A DNA stretch of 64,000 nt from the human T2T-CHM13v2.0 reference genome, Homo sapiens, in the NCBI RefSeq assembly GCF_009914755.1, contig NC_060926.1. One strand, 5' to 3'. Every line of letters starts with the position of its first letter. Position 1 is the stretch's first letter. The translations under genes were made by a program, and so were the position numbers. Below are positions 1 through 13,754 of this stretch, piece by piece. Under the pieces are notes generated by a model. The model was given only the letters and a program-made list of their open reading frames with translations, searched no databases and was not told the origin of the DNA.

Positions 1-118
1 TTGTAGAGATGCGGTTTTGCCATGTTGCCCAGGCTGGTCTTGAACTCTTGGGCTCAAAAAGATTCGTCCGTCTCCGCCTCCCAAAATGCTGAGATTACAG
101 ACATGAGCCACCATGCCC
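1..118 (-). mobile_element. AluJ-type, left-arm part (cut by window edge)
   Basis: Antisense Alu left monomer: tgttgcccaggctggtcttgaactc...gggctca...gattacagacatgagccacc. Confidence 0.9.
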
Positions 119-249
119 ATTCCCACCTTTCTTTCTTTAAAAAGATGAACATTAATAAATTAGATGAGAAAAATGAAAGAGTAGGGGCTGAGAAACTTCG
201 GTTAAACAATGATTTATTTAATGAAGAAGCAGCATGCATCAGAGAAGCT

Positions 250-697
250 CTTTGATTCTGCTTAGAGGCAGATCCTGAAGGAAAGATTTGACTGCAAGTA
301 AATTATTTAGGAAATGATTCTAGGAAACAACTGTGGGAGAGGGAGGAAGTGAGATGGAAAGGGAAGGCAGCCAACGAAATGTGCTTTATCAAGCAGGTTA
401 CCAAAATGTGGAACTGGAGCTTAATCTCATTTGGGAACTTTGGAGGGTTGTAGAAAACACACCCACATGTGCTACCCAAGAGGTGAGGGAGCTGGGATAT
501 TTATACACCAGCCTGGTCAGTCACTGGTTGAGGGCAGCTAGATGGTGGTGTGGTGGGTAATTATCCGGCAGAGTGGGTCCAATAGGCAGAGAAAGCCCTT
601 AGGCGAAGAGAGACAGGTTGGCAGTTGGAAGTTGGGCAGCTGTCCTGAGATGGTAAGAGAGAGGGGAAATGGGTGTGGCATGGACAGCTTCTGCAAG
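250..697 (-). mobile_element. LTR33-like ERVL solo LTR
   Basis: gcagatcctgaaggaaagatttgactgcaagta...gggaaggcagccaa...atcaagcaggttacc resembles recalled antisense LTR33 consensus. Confidence 0.65.
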
Positions 698-883
698 ATC
701 TTGTTTAGACTTTTCCCTGAATGCACACCTATGTGAGGCACCACTTCCATAATAAAAATGTCACATGGTAGTGACATGCTTGTGCTAAGGTAGATTCAAA
801 TTTATTTCGGGTTTAAGATCAATGGGAACATTTAAAAAATGAATTGCTCATATAATTATTGCTTGAAAGTCCATCTCTTCTGT

Positions 884-1003
884 TTGACTGTAAGCTTTCT
901 GAGGGCAGAGCCTATGTCTTTATTTGCTCACTGTTTTATCCCTGGGCTTTAGCATGGTGCCTAACACATAGCAGAAATTCAATAATTTTTTTATTGAATG
1001 AAT
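884..1003 (+). mobile_element. L2 3' end fragment
   Basis: gactgtaagctttctgagggcag...catggtgcctaacacatagcag...ttattgaatgaat, typical L2 terminus. Confidence 0.75.
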
Positions 1004-2934
1004 TTGGCATAATTAGACAATGTGGGGTATTGCTAGATGTTAAAATTTGAAAAAAAATCTGAATGTGTGCAACATAAAAAACAAAACCCCAATGATTTAT
1101 CTTTATAGCTCCAAAATGTCATTATTAGCTTAAGAATATATTTTTGTGTGACAAGCAAGTTGATTTGCTTATTAAATTATTAATTGGTATGTTTAGAGGG
1201 CTACAGACCTTGTAAAACATTGGAGGAGGTTTTGTTTTTTTTTTTTTTAACCCCCTTCTTAACTCAAAAAAGTCTAAGGAGGGAGAAAGAAAAAGCTGAT
1301 TTTTCAGCTGTTTGTTTTCTTTTTCCTCCCAACACTCTGAGGTTTCTACGTGCTGTTAAAACAGGGCCAAGAATCCCTGGCTTGGATTCTGTCTTTCCTT
1401 GGGGGCAGAAGTTTCCCTCTCAGGCCTCCGGGGTCTTTCCAGTCTGCAGTCTTCAAATATGGGCTGACCAACCCAGAAATGATATTTTTTGTTGACTAAC
1501 TCCAGGCACATATGTTCTTTCGTGGAGGGATATTTTTGAAAGAAAGGCTGCACAGTTTCCATTTGCAAGAGAAGAGTATATTTTCAGAAGCTTCTATGGG
1601 AGGGAGACTGACCTTTGCTCTAACACAGAGAGTCTTCTTCAATCTGGGATTTTATGGGGAACCTCATCTATTTTCTTTCTTCTTCTTTCCTGCTGGAGCT
1701 AGTTTCCTCTGTTCTCTGGTTAAACATTTTTATTGGATGGATTTTACAATGGGGAGGAACACATACTTTTTTGTTGAAAGACCATCTCCAGCTAATGGAA
1801 TCTAATCGGGCCAAGGGAATAAAATTTGGGAATTCAATTTCCTCAAACTGAGTCGACACTTCACTGCTCCTGTTTCATGCACTTTGAAATATGGCGTGTT
1901 CATGTTTGAAGGCACAGAGAGAGTTGAGCTCATTCTTAAGTGAGACATTCTAGGCAAGAAATAGCTAGAACTAATATTAAAATCGTCAACTGTAAACGCC
2001 CCTTCTACCCCAACAAAAGACAACAGTATGTGAACTAAACCCCTCCCTTCTATACGGATGCTGCAGAGAAACCCCCTGTTGTCCTTTGGGAACAATGGTT
2101 GGAATAAGTATGTAATGAGTGGGGGTGAGGAGAAGAGTTTGAAATTAAAAAAAAAAAATGTTTCATGTGGTAGATCAGAAGCTGACCAATAAAATATTGC
2201 AACATTTATACCAACCAACCCTATGGTTATGGTTGCAACTGTACGTAATTATATCTCATTTTCATTTCATTTATTTTTAAAGAGCTTAGAGATTTCTCTT
2301 TCAGCTAAAAACAGTATAGGGCGTTTCATTGATGATTGGGAGAGGGAGGGTGGAAGTGTGGTAACAGAGTCACCTTGTTACTGTGCACTTGGGATATATG
2401 CTTTGGTCCATGACAGCTGAGCATAGAACGACCTCATTCAGGAACAAATATCGTCTAAAGATTTTGTGTAAGAAACCCAGTGCTATGTACCCCCTAGTTA
2501 TTTACAGAGAAACACAATAATTTCTATAAAACTGAATGTGTAAACAAAAATTAAAATCCAGCCTCAAGAAAGGAAGAGCATCTTCTCTAGTCTGTCTGTG
2601 TAGGCCCCTCCCCAGTGGAACTTCAAATTCCTTTCCCAATCCTATTTGCCACTCTCCCCACTCAGAAAACCTTTTCTCAAGGAAACTTGCCCACACCTCC
2701 ACTCACATATTCATGGAGAAATACTCCTAGTCTTGAGCGTTAGAATGCTATTGTGTGAATGTTGCATTTTGATTTATTAATAGGACATTTGAATCCATCT
2801 TTACTCTCAATCATTCAGCATATTTCTAATCTAATTTTATACACCAGTTTATAATTGTTCTCATTAAAGAGCTGTGGAACAGCCTGACTTTAAAAGGAAA
2901 GTAATGGAAATAGAGAAAGGAGAAATCAGGGTAA

Positions 2935-3385
2935 CTGGGCAGAGACAATATCCGTTCTTTCATTTTTATATAGAAATAGAATTTTCAGCTGAGCATAGGG
3001 CTGCCCAGCTAAGATGACAAGAAGACCAATCTGCCTTGTAGCTAGGACCAAGTTTTGGCCAATGGGATGGGCAGAAGTGATGTGTGCAGCTTCTAGGTCA
3101 TGCCTTTAAGGGGAGGACACTTCTGCTGAACTTCCCCTATCTCCTACTGCCAGTGACAGAGGTGTGGATGTCAGCATGAGACATCCTAGACCATGCAGAT
3201 AAGGACTATGCCCATGGATGGCAGATCAACAACATAGCAAGCACCTGAGTCTCAATCCTGGGCACTACTGTGTCAGCCCTAGATATACCCAGACTATTAC
3301 ATAAAAGGGAAATTACATTCTCTCTTGTCTAAACTACAGTTGTTTTAGATCTCTTTTGGAGCAGCCAAGCCTGTGTCTGACACTG
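2935..3385 (+). mobile_element. MLT1J-like MaLR LTR
   Basis: gcccagcta...ttggccaatgggatgggcagaagtgatgtgtgcagcttc...tagaccatgcagat...ttttggagcagccaag. Confidence 0.65.
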
Positions 3386-5084
3386 AAGAATTTTATTACA
3401 TTCTTCAGCCCTGGAGAATTTCATTAAAGAGACCTCCTTGCAAAGTTGGTAATCTCCACACATTTTGCTTTGCTTATCTAGGCAGGTCAAGTCCAAAGTG
3501 CATTTTTCCAAACGCTTCTGCTCCTCTTTCTGCCTAGGAGTACTCTTATCAGTGCTTGGGGTGGGGGTGCTGAACTGAACCATGAACTTAGGAAGTTAAG
3601 CTATCTCTGTGGGAGTCACGGGTGCTGGATGAGAGCAGGATAAGCAAGCTACTAGAAAGAGAGACACAAGAGGGCTCCCAAGCCAAAAGGACTTGAGGCC
3701 TTGAGCCTTCAGGGAAATGGATGCATCTGAAGACAGAGTGGCCCTCGAAGCAGGACTGGTTGGCCGCAAAACAAGAGAAATGGTGGTGGTGTCATCCTTG
3801 CTTTGCAGGAAGAATACTCTCACTGAGCTCTCTTAGAGTACTTCTGGCCTCAGTAGCCTGCAGGAATGGAAAGGAAAGGGTTTGTCAAGACAGCTCTGTG
3901 TGAGCAATGTGCAGCAGGCTCTTCTCAGGCTGAGGCCATTAATCTTTCATTCATTGAATCACCTTTGCTCTGATGTCTCATTCACCAAGCCCTCTTCTGC
4001 TGCAATTTGGTTTCACACCTGGATCTCCTACAATGAAAGTGCTGATCATAGAGACTTTGAGCCTTTCTGGTCTTTGTGATGTGGATGGCTCATGGCAAAT
4101 AAATAAAGTCGCTGCAGGTCAGGATTTGGCTTCCCAAGTTGCTTGCATAAAGAGTGAATAATGCAGATCTTGCTGCAGGTGATTTGGGCCCAGGTGGAGT
4201 TATGTTTCTCTTTGTACCATAATGCATTTGCATTCTGGTGTCTGCCTAAGGCTTGGGTCCTTTTCTGTAGAATGAGACCATTTTTTAGCCCTGATAACCC
4301 CTCAGGGAGTCTCTGAGACCACTTAATACATTAAAAATCCACCATGGGTTCCTGCCCTTGTCTACCAGTTTTCCCTTGGACTAATGGCTGGAAGTTTTTT
4401 ATGTTTGATGAGTGTGACATTAGATGGACAAGTTCACCCCATGCCTATTCCCTGAGTTATATTCAGCTCTAGGACACTTGCCCTTACCCTGTGCCTTTTT
4501 CTTCTTCCACTGAAAAGAGCATATGAGAATGTAAGGAGGCTTTCCATCCAGGAGAGAAAGCCTGGGATCCTCTCTAGGTGGTAATGAGAAAGGTTAACTT
4601 TTGCAAAGCAACATATTCCTTCTGCCATGCTTAACCTTGATGGGGTCACATTCCAGTGTGGGGAGGCTGCTGTTGTAAAGTGGGGGACCCCCTTCTACCC
4701 TGGTCTGCTCTCTCTCTGCTGAGAGCCAGGGATATTGCTAGATTTGGCAAAGCATAATGTTCTGGCTCTTTATGAGCGTATGCTAAAGTATTCAGTCTTT
4801 TTTCTAGGTGAGTTCATTTTGCTTTGAGACAAAAATCTTAGCATTTGCCCTTGATTTTTTACCCTAATTTGCAATTTTAATATTATTTGTGATTAATTTT
4901 TTAAAAAGCTTTTCATTTTCTAGTCTAAATTAATTATAGTCTTTTATTTTGGAGAATAGAAAGCTATGTATTTTCAGCTTGAAATATGTTAGAATGATGA
5001 GTGGGGAAATAGTTTTGTTTAATGGAAAGAGCACGTGTTTTAGTGTCAGATTTTTAGCGGTGTTTGCGATATAGCACTTTATCG

Positions 5085-5175
5085 TTCTGAGCCTTGATTT
5101 CTTCATCTTTTAGTTAAAAGGGGATTTTTGCAGGACTGTTGAGATAATTAGATACTGTTTGTAAAGCACCAGCCA
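5085..5175 (+). mobile_element. MIR fragment
   Basis: tctgagccttgatttcttcatct...gtaaagcac, degenerate MIR core. Confidence 0.45.
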
Positions 5176-5512
5176 GGGCCTGGGATGGAGGACATTAACA
5201 GATGATGCCCTCCTTTATCTTTCTGTACAGCGGGTGTGCCCCAGAGCAATGCAAGGATCAACCATAGATGCCCAGGTTGTCCTAAACTGTCAGGAATCCC
5301 CATTTGAAGGTGACTCCATAGGTTTTCTAGGCTGAGTTTTGGGAGTTTCTGGTAGTGGTGGCAGAAATGGAGTTGGAGGAACAATGTGTGTGTGTGTGTT
5401 TGTGTGTGTTTGTGTGACAGAGACAGAGAGACTGCCCAGTTTTAGGGATTTCAAGGGAAGGAGCTGTTTTAGCTTGATCTTATACAACATCCCTGTGATA
5501 TCAAAAACTTGG

Positions 5513-5897
<385 letters not shown>

Positions 5898-6477
5898 TCA
5901 GCTCAGCACTGGGTGCTGTTAACAGGAAGGGAGTGGGATCAATTGGCCAGTCACAGATGGATGGGGAGAGGCAGGAGAATGACCACCTGTGCCAACAGTG
6001 GAGAGGCTCTGGAAGGTCCCCATGCCCCTCAATGTTCCTAAATGTTTCTTCTCCTGCATACTAATCTGAAATAACTGAAACGCCACAAGTTATTTTTTTT
6101 TCCTCTCTCTGGAATCCTTGTGTCTTTCTTTCTTTCTTTTTGTGCTCCCTGTAACTACACACCCAGGTAGCTCCTTCTGAAATGGTGCTGTGTCTGGGAC
6201 TAGTTTGGAGAAATCTGGAAAACTTGCTCATGACTGTATTTAAGTCACTTTGTCTCTCTGGGCCTCTTAAAATTAGTCACTTATTGAATCTCTGCCAGAG
6301 CCAACCAGATCCACAATTCTAAATGTAAAAGATTGTTATCCACAGAGTTGGCTTCTGGAGTGGGCATCTTCAGCCATCCTAGGGAACTGTGGGTGGGTAA
6401 AGGTTGCACGGGATGCTGAAGACAAACTTGAGTCACTTCTCAGGCAGGCCCCAGCCTCACTGTGGGTGCCTTTAAGG

Positions 6478-6803
6478 CAGCAGTACCCAATCTTTTTGGC
6501 ATCAGGGACTGGTTTTGTGGAAACCAATTTTTTCTATGGATGGGAAAATGGGACTGGTTTCAGGATGAAACTGTTCCACCTCAGATCATCAGGTATTAGA
6601 TTCTAATAAGGAGCATGCAGCCTAGATCCCTTGCATGCACAGTTCACAATAGGGTTCTTTCTCCTAAGAGAATCTAATGCCACCGCTGATGTGACAGGAG
6701 GCAGAGCTCAGGCGGTAATGCTCTCTTGCCCGCTGCTCACCTCCTGCTGTGTGGCCCAGTTTCTGACAGGCCATGGACTAGTACAGTGGGTTGGGGATCC
6801 CTG
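6478..6803 (+). mobile_element. MER1B hAT-Charlie DNA transposon
   Basis: Ends cagcagtacccaa / ttggggatccctg; 8-bp TSD ctttaagg (6470-77) / ctttacgg (6804-11); internal cctcagatcatcagg.attagattct. Confidence 0.85.
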
Positions 6804-6994
6804 CTTTACGGGAAAGGTACGAAGGGAGTTTCCCACAGTTTGAGAAACTGTCCTGTCATTTTTAGACTCAAGTTGTTGAAAGCAAAGCCATCATCCTTGG
6901 GATTGTCCTATGAGTCTTGCCAAACTGTAGGACACAAGGAGATGACAGAAGTGATAAAGACAATTTTTGTCTCTCCACTAATTTTAGGCACTGT

Positions 6995-7135
6995 GGGAAT
7001 TGGAGCCAGGAGTTCTGGTTTTGAGGCCCAGGCTTACCACTGATTAGCTCAGTGGACCTGACATCTCTGGGTGTTGCTTTCTTCCTCTGTTAAGTGGGGA
7101 AAATCGTACTTGACTTGTAGTTGAGGGGAGATCAT
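6995..7135 (+). mobile_element. MIR fragment
   Basis: ggagccaggagttctggttttgaggcccaggcttaccactgattagct...ttcctctgttaagtgggg. Confidence 0.55.
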
Positions 7136-7136
7136 G

Positions 7137-7360
7137 TGCTATGGACTGACTTATGTCCTGCCACACCCCAAATTCCTATGTTAAAGCCCTAACCCCTAGT
7201 GTGCTGGTGTTTGGAGATGGGATAGAGTTAGGGATATATCTTTTGGGATATAATTAGGTTTAGATGAAGTCATGAAGTTGGGGCTCTCATGATGGGATTA
7301 GTGCCCTCACCGGAAGAGACATCATAGAGCATGCTCTTGCTTTCTTTCTGTCTATCTCTT

Positions 7361-7402
<42 letters not shown>

Positions 7403-7604
7403 CATGTGCATGTGTTTTTTGTGAGGCTGGAATGGGAAAGCTGCCATCTGCAAGCCAGGAAAAGACCCCTCCCCAGGAATAGAATCTGCCAGCCCCTTAA
7501 TCTTGGACTTTCCCCTAGACTCCAGAACTATGAGAAATCAATGTCTGTTGTTGAAGCCACCCAGTCTATGGCATTTGTTATGGCACCCTTAGCAGACCAA
7601 GACA
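7137..7604 (+). mobile_element. MLT1A-like MaLR solo LTR with internal (TG)n
   Basis: tgctatggactga start, ...gccacccagtctatggcatttgttatggca...agaccaagaca end; (TG)n at ~7365-7401. Confidence 0.85.
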
Positions 7605-7617
7605 TTGTGGTCCCTCC

Positions 7618-7808
7618 CTCACTCACTCACTCATTGGTCTCTTATCTTTTGAGCACTGTTTATTGTGTTCTGAGCATTGTTCTCAGAAGTGAGGATACAA
7701 TGAACAAAATAGACCAGGCTCTCACGTCCCTACAGTTCAGTGGGGGAAGAAAGACAGAAAACGAAAGAAATGAGATAATTTTGGATTGTGATAATAGCCT
7801 TGAAGATA
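7618..7808 (-). mobile_element. L2 3' fragment
   Basis: cactcactcatt...ttgagcact...gaggatacaatgaacaaaatagac, antisense L2 terminus. Confidence 0.7.
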
Positions 7809-9109
7809 CTGTAGGCATAATAGTAGGTGAAAATAGTTCACAATCAGTGAATATTTGTAGCACTCCCACCCATAGCTGCTTCTGATCACTGTCCGTGCTA
7901 TGTTGCCAGCTTTGGAAATGTCTTCTTCACCTTTGTCCTGAATCACAGGAACAGTATAGGGCATTGACACAGAGATGGCACTTCTTGTTTTCTGGGACAA
8001 CTCTATCCTTTTGTAGCCCCATCGCTGAAATCCCTCCCCTACATCTTGCCCCCTATCAGGCAGCACATCGCTCCAACACTCTTGGAGTTGGGATGCAGAA
8101 CCTGTATTTTGGGTTCTTCTTAGAGGTGGTGGGCTGTTGTCATAGCAACTGCTTCCTAGACTTAACCGTCAGCCTCAGTGGAGGTTTCTCCTCAGCTTTT
8201 CAGGCTGTAGGCAATGCTTTCCCCTCAAATGCCAGAGCTGATCTAACTCCCCTGCCTCTAGCCTGCAAGCTGGAGAGACTCTTTACTTTCAAGGAAGTCT
8301 GGCTTTTACAGGTTCAAGCCTTTATAAGAACACCAAAGCAAGAGCAAGTCCAAAAGGGGCCTCCCTGCCTGGATGACAGAGGTGCTGGCTGGGGCTTAGG
8401 TAAGAAGCTCTCCTTTACCTCTTGCCCCTCACTGATCTTTCCAGACCCCTGGGGAGGCTTATGCAGGGGGCTCTGGCGGCAATTTCCCTATCCATTTTGG
8501 GTTGTGTTAGTTTTCAGGTTTCTCTGCTGTTTGGATCCTGATGTTAGATTCAAAGGCCAGATTTATAAGGTCAGGAGAATCAAAGACGGCCAGTGACTCA
8601 CACACTTTCATGTTTCTCAGCCCTGGCCTGTTGGCAAGTTTCTGGACCCACTTGTAACCACTTTCCTGGAGCCAGTGCAGGTAAAGGAAAGGAGTTTAGC
8701 AAACAGGGAAGGGGTGGGCAGCCTGCCTGAACCTGAACCTGAGCCTGGGCCTGTGATGTGGTCAGGCTAGTGTGCCCCACCAGCCCTGGGCAGACGCCGG
8801 GCCAGGGCACACACCACTTGGTGCCCACTGGCGCCTGGGAGAGCTCCTGGGTCCCCTGCAGGGTGGGACTGGCTGGGTCATCTGCCCTCAGTGCTGCTAT
8901 GGGGGGTGCTCTGTGAGGTGGGAGCAGCCAGGGAGAGAAATGGCAGGGCGTGTTGGTGAGGCTCCTATAAACGTGCACTTGGCTGTGTGCCTTCAATGCT
9001 GGCAGGCATGGGCTTCTGTTCTGGCTTCTCAGAGATCTTTAGGAGAAGAGAGTTATGTTCACTTCTGTAATCCTCCTTCTCGAATCTTCAGACTATGGGT
9101 CATGACCCA

Positions 9110-10082
<973 letters not shown>

Positions 10083-10276
10083 TTATTTGGTAGCACTTAT
10101 TTTGTTTCAGTCATTTATCTATGGGTGTGTGAACTGGGCTGCAATATGTAAGTATTTCTTATGGGTATTGTGCTCAATATGTTTGAAAAGCACTGCATAA
10201 TCCATATCCTTCCGGCTGTGCTTGCTGTTGGAGAGATAGAGAAGCTTGTCAAACTCTACTCACTTTCAAGTCATCC

Positions 10277-10534
10277 ATAGTGATAATATAATTTTGTGTT
10301 TACGATGTTCCATGCACTGTGCTAAGCAGTTTACATGCATTATTTGCATTATCTTATTTAACCTTCACAGGAACTCTTGTGAAGTGGGTATTACTCCTAT
10401 CCTCATTTTATAGACACACTGAGGCTTAGGTTAAATGGATGGCCCAAGGGCACACAGCTAATAATGGAAGAACAGAGGCTTAGATCTCTTAGACTACAAA
10501 ATCCAAGCTTTTAAATATTATGCCATCTGCCTCT
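10277..10534 (-). mobile_element. MIR, near full length
   Basis: gcactgtgctaagc...cctcattttataga...ctgaggcttagg...cccaagggcacacagcta. Confidence 0.8.
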
Positions 10535-12533
10535 AACCCTCTCAAAGCTTCCAAACTGAATATTGCTTGCTTTGGAAGTGAGAGGAGCTTCAGTCTCCTG
10601 AAGGTTGAAATGTGTGGTTGATCAAGTAGCCATGCCCTCTCCCTCTTCCATTCCTTCCTCTGGAGTCAGTGTATGTGAGCGTGAGTGCTGTTTTGATCTT
10701 CGAAGGACAACGGTGTTCATCCTGAAGTGGTGAAAATTTGACCACAAAATAATCTTTAGGGCTGAATGGCAAAAAAGCAACAAGTGATCATGAAAATATT
10801 TGACTCAAATTTCAACTTGACCGAGTCGTACCTACATACAGATTTCCCCAAAGCTCAGAGTGCTGCGTTTCAGGGTCAGAAATGAGGGGCTCATACCCCT
10901 CCTTCCACCTGGGCAATTTTTAGAGTGTAAACAAAGCTTCAACAAGTTGACCAGGATCCTTGACAGTGGCCCCAATTCCATGTGGTCATTATACAGATGC
11001 CAGGAGGCCCCCCAAAGTAAGTGTGGGATCTCAAGAGATGACCAAGTCCAGTCTCAGAAGGGAGAGCACTGACTTCTGGTTAGGATGCTCTTTTGGCTAA
11101 AGGCCACACCTGGTTCTAACCCGCATTAGAAACTTTCACTTACCCTTAACTGTTAAGCTCTCACTTCCCACATGGAATTGGTCACTCATCCTGGCAATTC
11201 TAATGGGCTGTGCTTTCTTTCTGCATTGACTTTGGAAAGGTCTTCACGTTGACTTCCATCTCCATCACATGTCACCTAGAGTCCAGGTCCTAGACCGTTC
11301 TCTATTCATTGTCCACACAGAAGCCCTGAGTCAGGCATCAACAAACATGAGAAATGAAAATCATGAACGGCCACCTAGTAACATGTGAAATGCAAAACTC
11401 AATACAAACATTTCATTGCCACAGATGAACTAGGGAGACCTTAAACTTGATCATCCACTTTGCTGATAGGGACTTTCTGGAGCGGTTTCCCCGGTAGGAT
11501 TTTCTTTGGAGAGATGCTGGAAGTTCAGCTCATGGTTGCTGCTTGTGAGGCTAACTGTTCACGGCTTGTAAGCGGAGGCTACCTGCTCAGTTTGTGGACC
11601 TGGTCAGACAGGAGGAGCTGGCAACATTCCTTCCTATTGTTTAGCACGTTTTATAAATGAAGTTAAATAAAGCCCCCCGGAGAAGATTTATTGCCCACAG
11701 ATCACTTCAAATAGAGAGCTCTGATCTTAGTTAACTTATTTGTTAAAAAAGTTTTTATCTTCAGATGTTTGGGCAGGCAAGTGATTTGGTCTCTGTGGTG
11801 AGTGTAGGGCCTTCCCACCTTAGCTCTTAGTTTGGTAGGTAGCTCACAGTAAGGGGTTGTACAGGCTGGACAGAGGGAACTCTGCTATTTTAATGCTGGA
11901 GTGAGATGTCACATCTCCACTTGGCTGTAAGAACAGTCCATTGGTTGGCTGTGTGAACCCTCAGGAGAGGGAATGATGACTCTTCATCTTCTGGAAGGAA
12001 AACCTGGGACCAGCCTGGTGATAACCTGTTCTTTGTCACTCTTCTTTTTGCTGCCCAGTCCTCCAGGCTTTTAGGCTCTGGTGTGCAACCCCTGCTGTGG
12101 TCTTTTGAGAGGAGATAAAAGGAATCTTCTGAGAGCCAGAAGTTCTGTCTTCAGCACCAGCTGGGAGACCCTCTGTCAAGATGAGGGTTCTATTGATCCA
12201 TGCAACTGCCGCCAACCAGAATTTTAGGGTTTTGCCCCAATAGGTATGTAGTTGTGATTCACTCCAGCCTCTGCTGTAGCTATCTTGGGAGGTTAGTAAT
12301 GATTTGCTTCTATTTTATTAGTTTTACAACTTCCCACTTTCACTCTTAAATCACCTGTAGCTGCAATACACAAGGGATCTTCATACATAGACGGTTTCCA
12401 CAGAACTATTGAAACAAAGGTTGAGTCATCACACGATTTTGTTAGTGGATGGGAGAAAGCCTTGTAGTGGTACTCTTTCCCCACTTCTTTTATTGTGATA
12501 AAATATAGGTAACATAAAATATACCATTTTAAC

Positions 12534-12834
12534 TTTTTTTTTTTTTTTTTTTTGAGACGGAGTCTCATTCTGTCACCCAGGCTGGAGTGTAGTGGCGCGA
12601 CCTCAGCTCACTGCAAGCTCCGCCTCCCGGGTTCACGCCATTCTCCAGCCTCAGCCTGCTAAGTAGCTGGGACTACAGATGCCCGCCACCACGCCTGGCT
12701 AATTTTTTGTATTTTTAGTAGAGATGGGGTTTCACCGTGTTAGCCAGGATGGTCTTGATCTCCTGACCTGGTGATCCACCCACCTTGGCCTCCCAAAGTG
12801 CTGGGATTACAGGCGTGAACCACCACGCCTGGCC
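12534..12834 (-). mobile_element. AluY-like
   Basis: ctgcaagctccgcctcccgggttcacgccattc, gtgttagccaggatgg; TSD cattttaac. Confidence 0.95.
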
Positions 12835-12865
12835 CATTTTAACCATTTTTAAAGCATATACTTCA

Positions 12866-13169
12866 GGCCAGGTGCAGTGGCTCACGTGTGTAATCCCAGG
12901 ATTTTGAGAGGCCGAAGCCTGCTGATGGCTTGAGCCCAGGAGTTTGAGACCAGCCTGGGCAACATGGTGAAACCCCATCTCTACCAAAAACAAAACAAAA
13001 CAAAACAAAACAAACAAAAATTAGTCTGGCACGGTGTGTGCATCTGTAGTCCCAGCTATTTGGGAGCTGAGGTCAGAGGATTGATTGAGCCCGGAAGGTC
13101 GAGGCTGCAGTGAGCCATGATTGTGTCACTGCACTCCAGCCTGGGTGACAGAGTAAGACCCTGTCTCAA

Positions 13170-13212
<43 letters not shown>

Positions 13213-13214
13213 AA
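12866..13214 (+). mobile_element. AluJ-like with (AAAT)n tail
   Basis: cttgagcccagg, gtcgaggctgcagtgagccatgat; (AAAAC)n expanded linker. Confidence 0.92.
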
Positions 13215-13321
13215 TCTATAGTTCAATGATATTAAATACATTCACACTGTTGTGCAACCATTACCACCATTCATATCTACAACTTTTCTAATCTTGTCAA
13301 ACGTTTTTCCCACTTAAAAAA

Positions 13322-13450
13322 AAATTGAGTTATTATTTCACATATCATAAAACACACCTTTTTTCCAGTGTACAATTTGATGGTTTTTAGGTTTATTCAC
13401 AAGATTGTGCAACCATCACCACTATCTACTTGCAGAACATTTTCATCTTT
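13322..13450 (-). mobile_element. L1M 3' end fragment
   Basis: gtgtacaatt.gatggtttttag...ttcacaagattgtgcaaccatcaccactatcta. Confidence 0.7.
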
Positions 13451-13452
13451 TA

Positions 13453-13754
13453 TCACTTTTGAACTCTGATTTTCCACACAGTATCATCCTCTTTGCCATC
13501 AGATGCACTGGTGATGCAACCTTTCTTAGAAGAGTGCTCCACTATTGTCTCTGGAATTTTCTCCCAAGCTCCTGACAGCCATCTGCAAGGTTGGATACTG
13601 ACGCTTTCCTGACTGTGGCTAATGGTGTTAGGCGATGGCAACCAGGGCGTATTTACCCCCCTACCCGGGCTGACAGTGATTCTATGATACATATACTAAT
13701 TTAGTGATGTTAAAATGTGAAAACTGTGTGCCTTAGAACCGGTGAACTCAGTAC
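13453..13754 (-). mobile_element. TcMar-Tc2 (Kanga/MER104-like) DNA transposon relic with transposase C-terminal fragment
   Basis: Minus frame WLSGAWEKIPETIVEHSSKKGCITSASDGKEDDTVW fits the pogo/Tc2 DDE C-terminal pattern; right end on the minus strand reads ...ttctaaggcacacagttttcacattttaacatc, like the MER104/Kanga terminus. Confidence 0.65.

Larger units (their letters stand above)
12486..13305 (-). mobile_element. L1MB-type 3' end, split by two Alus
   Basis: ttattgtgataaaatata..taacataaaa.taccattttaac ... acattcacactgttgtgcaaccattaccacc. Confidence 0.75.

Noticed and set aside
7895-8596. Longest ORF (233 aa)
   Set aside because: Non-ATG start, no recognisable domain, Cys/Leu/Trp-rich composition typical of chance ORFs, no supporting splice structure.
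8960-8975. TATAAA downstream of GC-rich motifs as a promoter
   Set aside because: Single hexamer, no CpG island and no downstream exon evidence.
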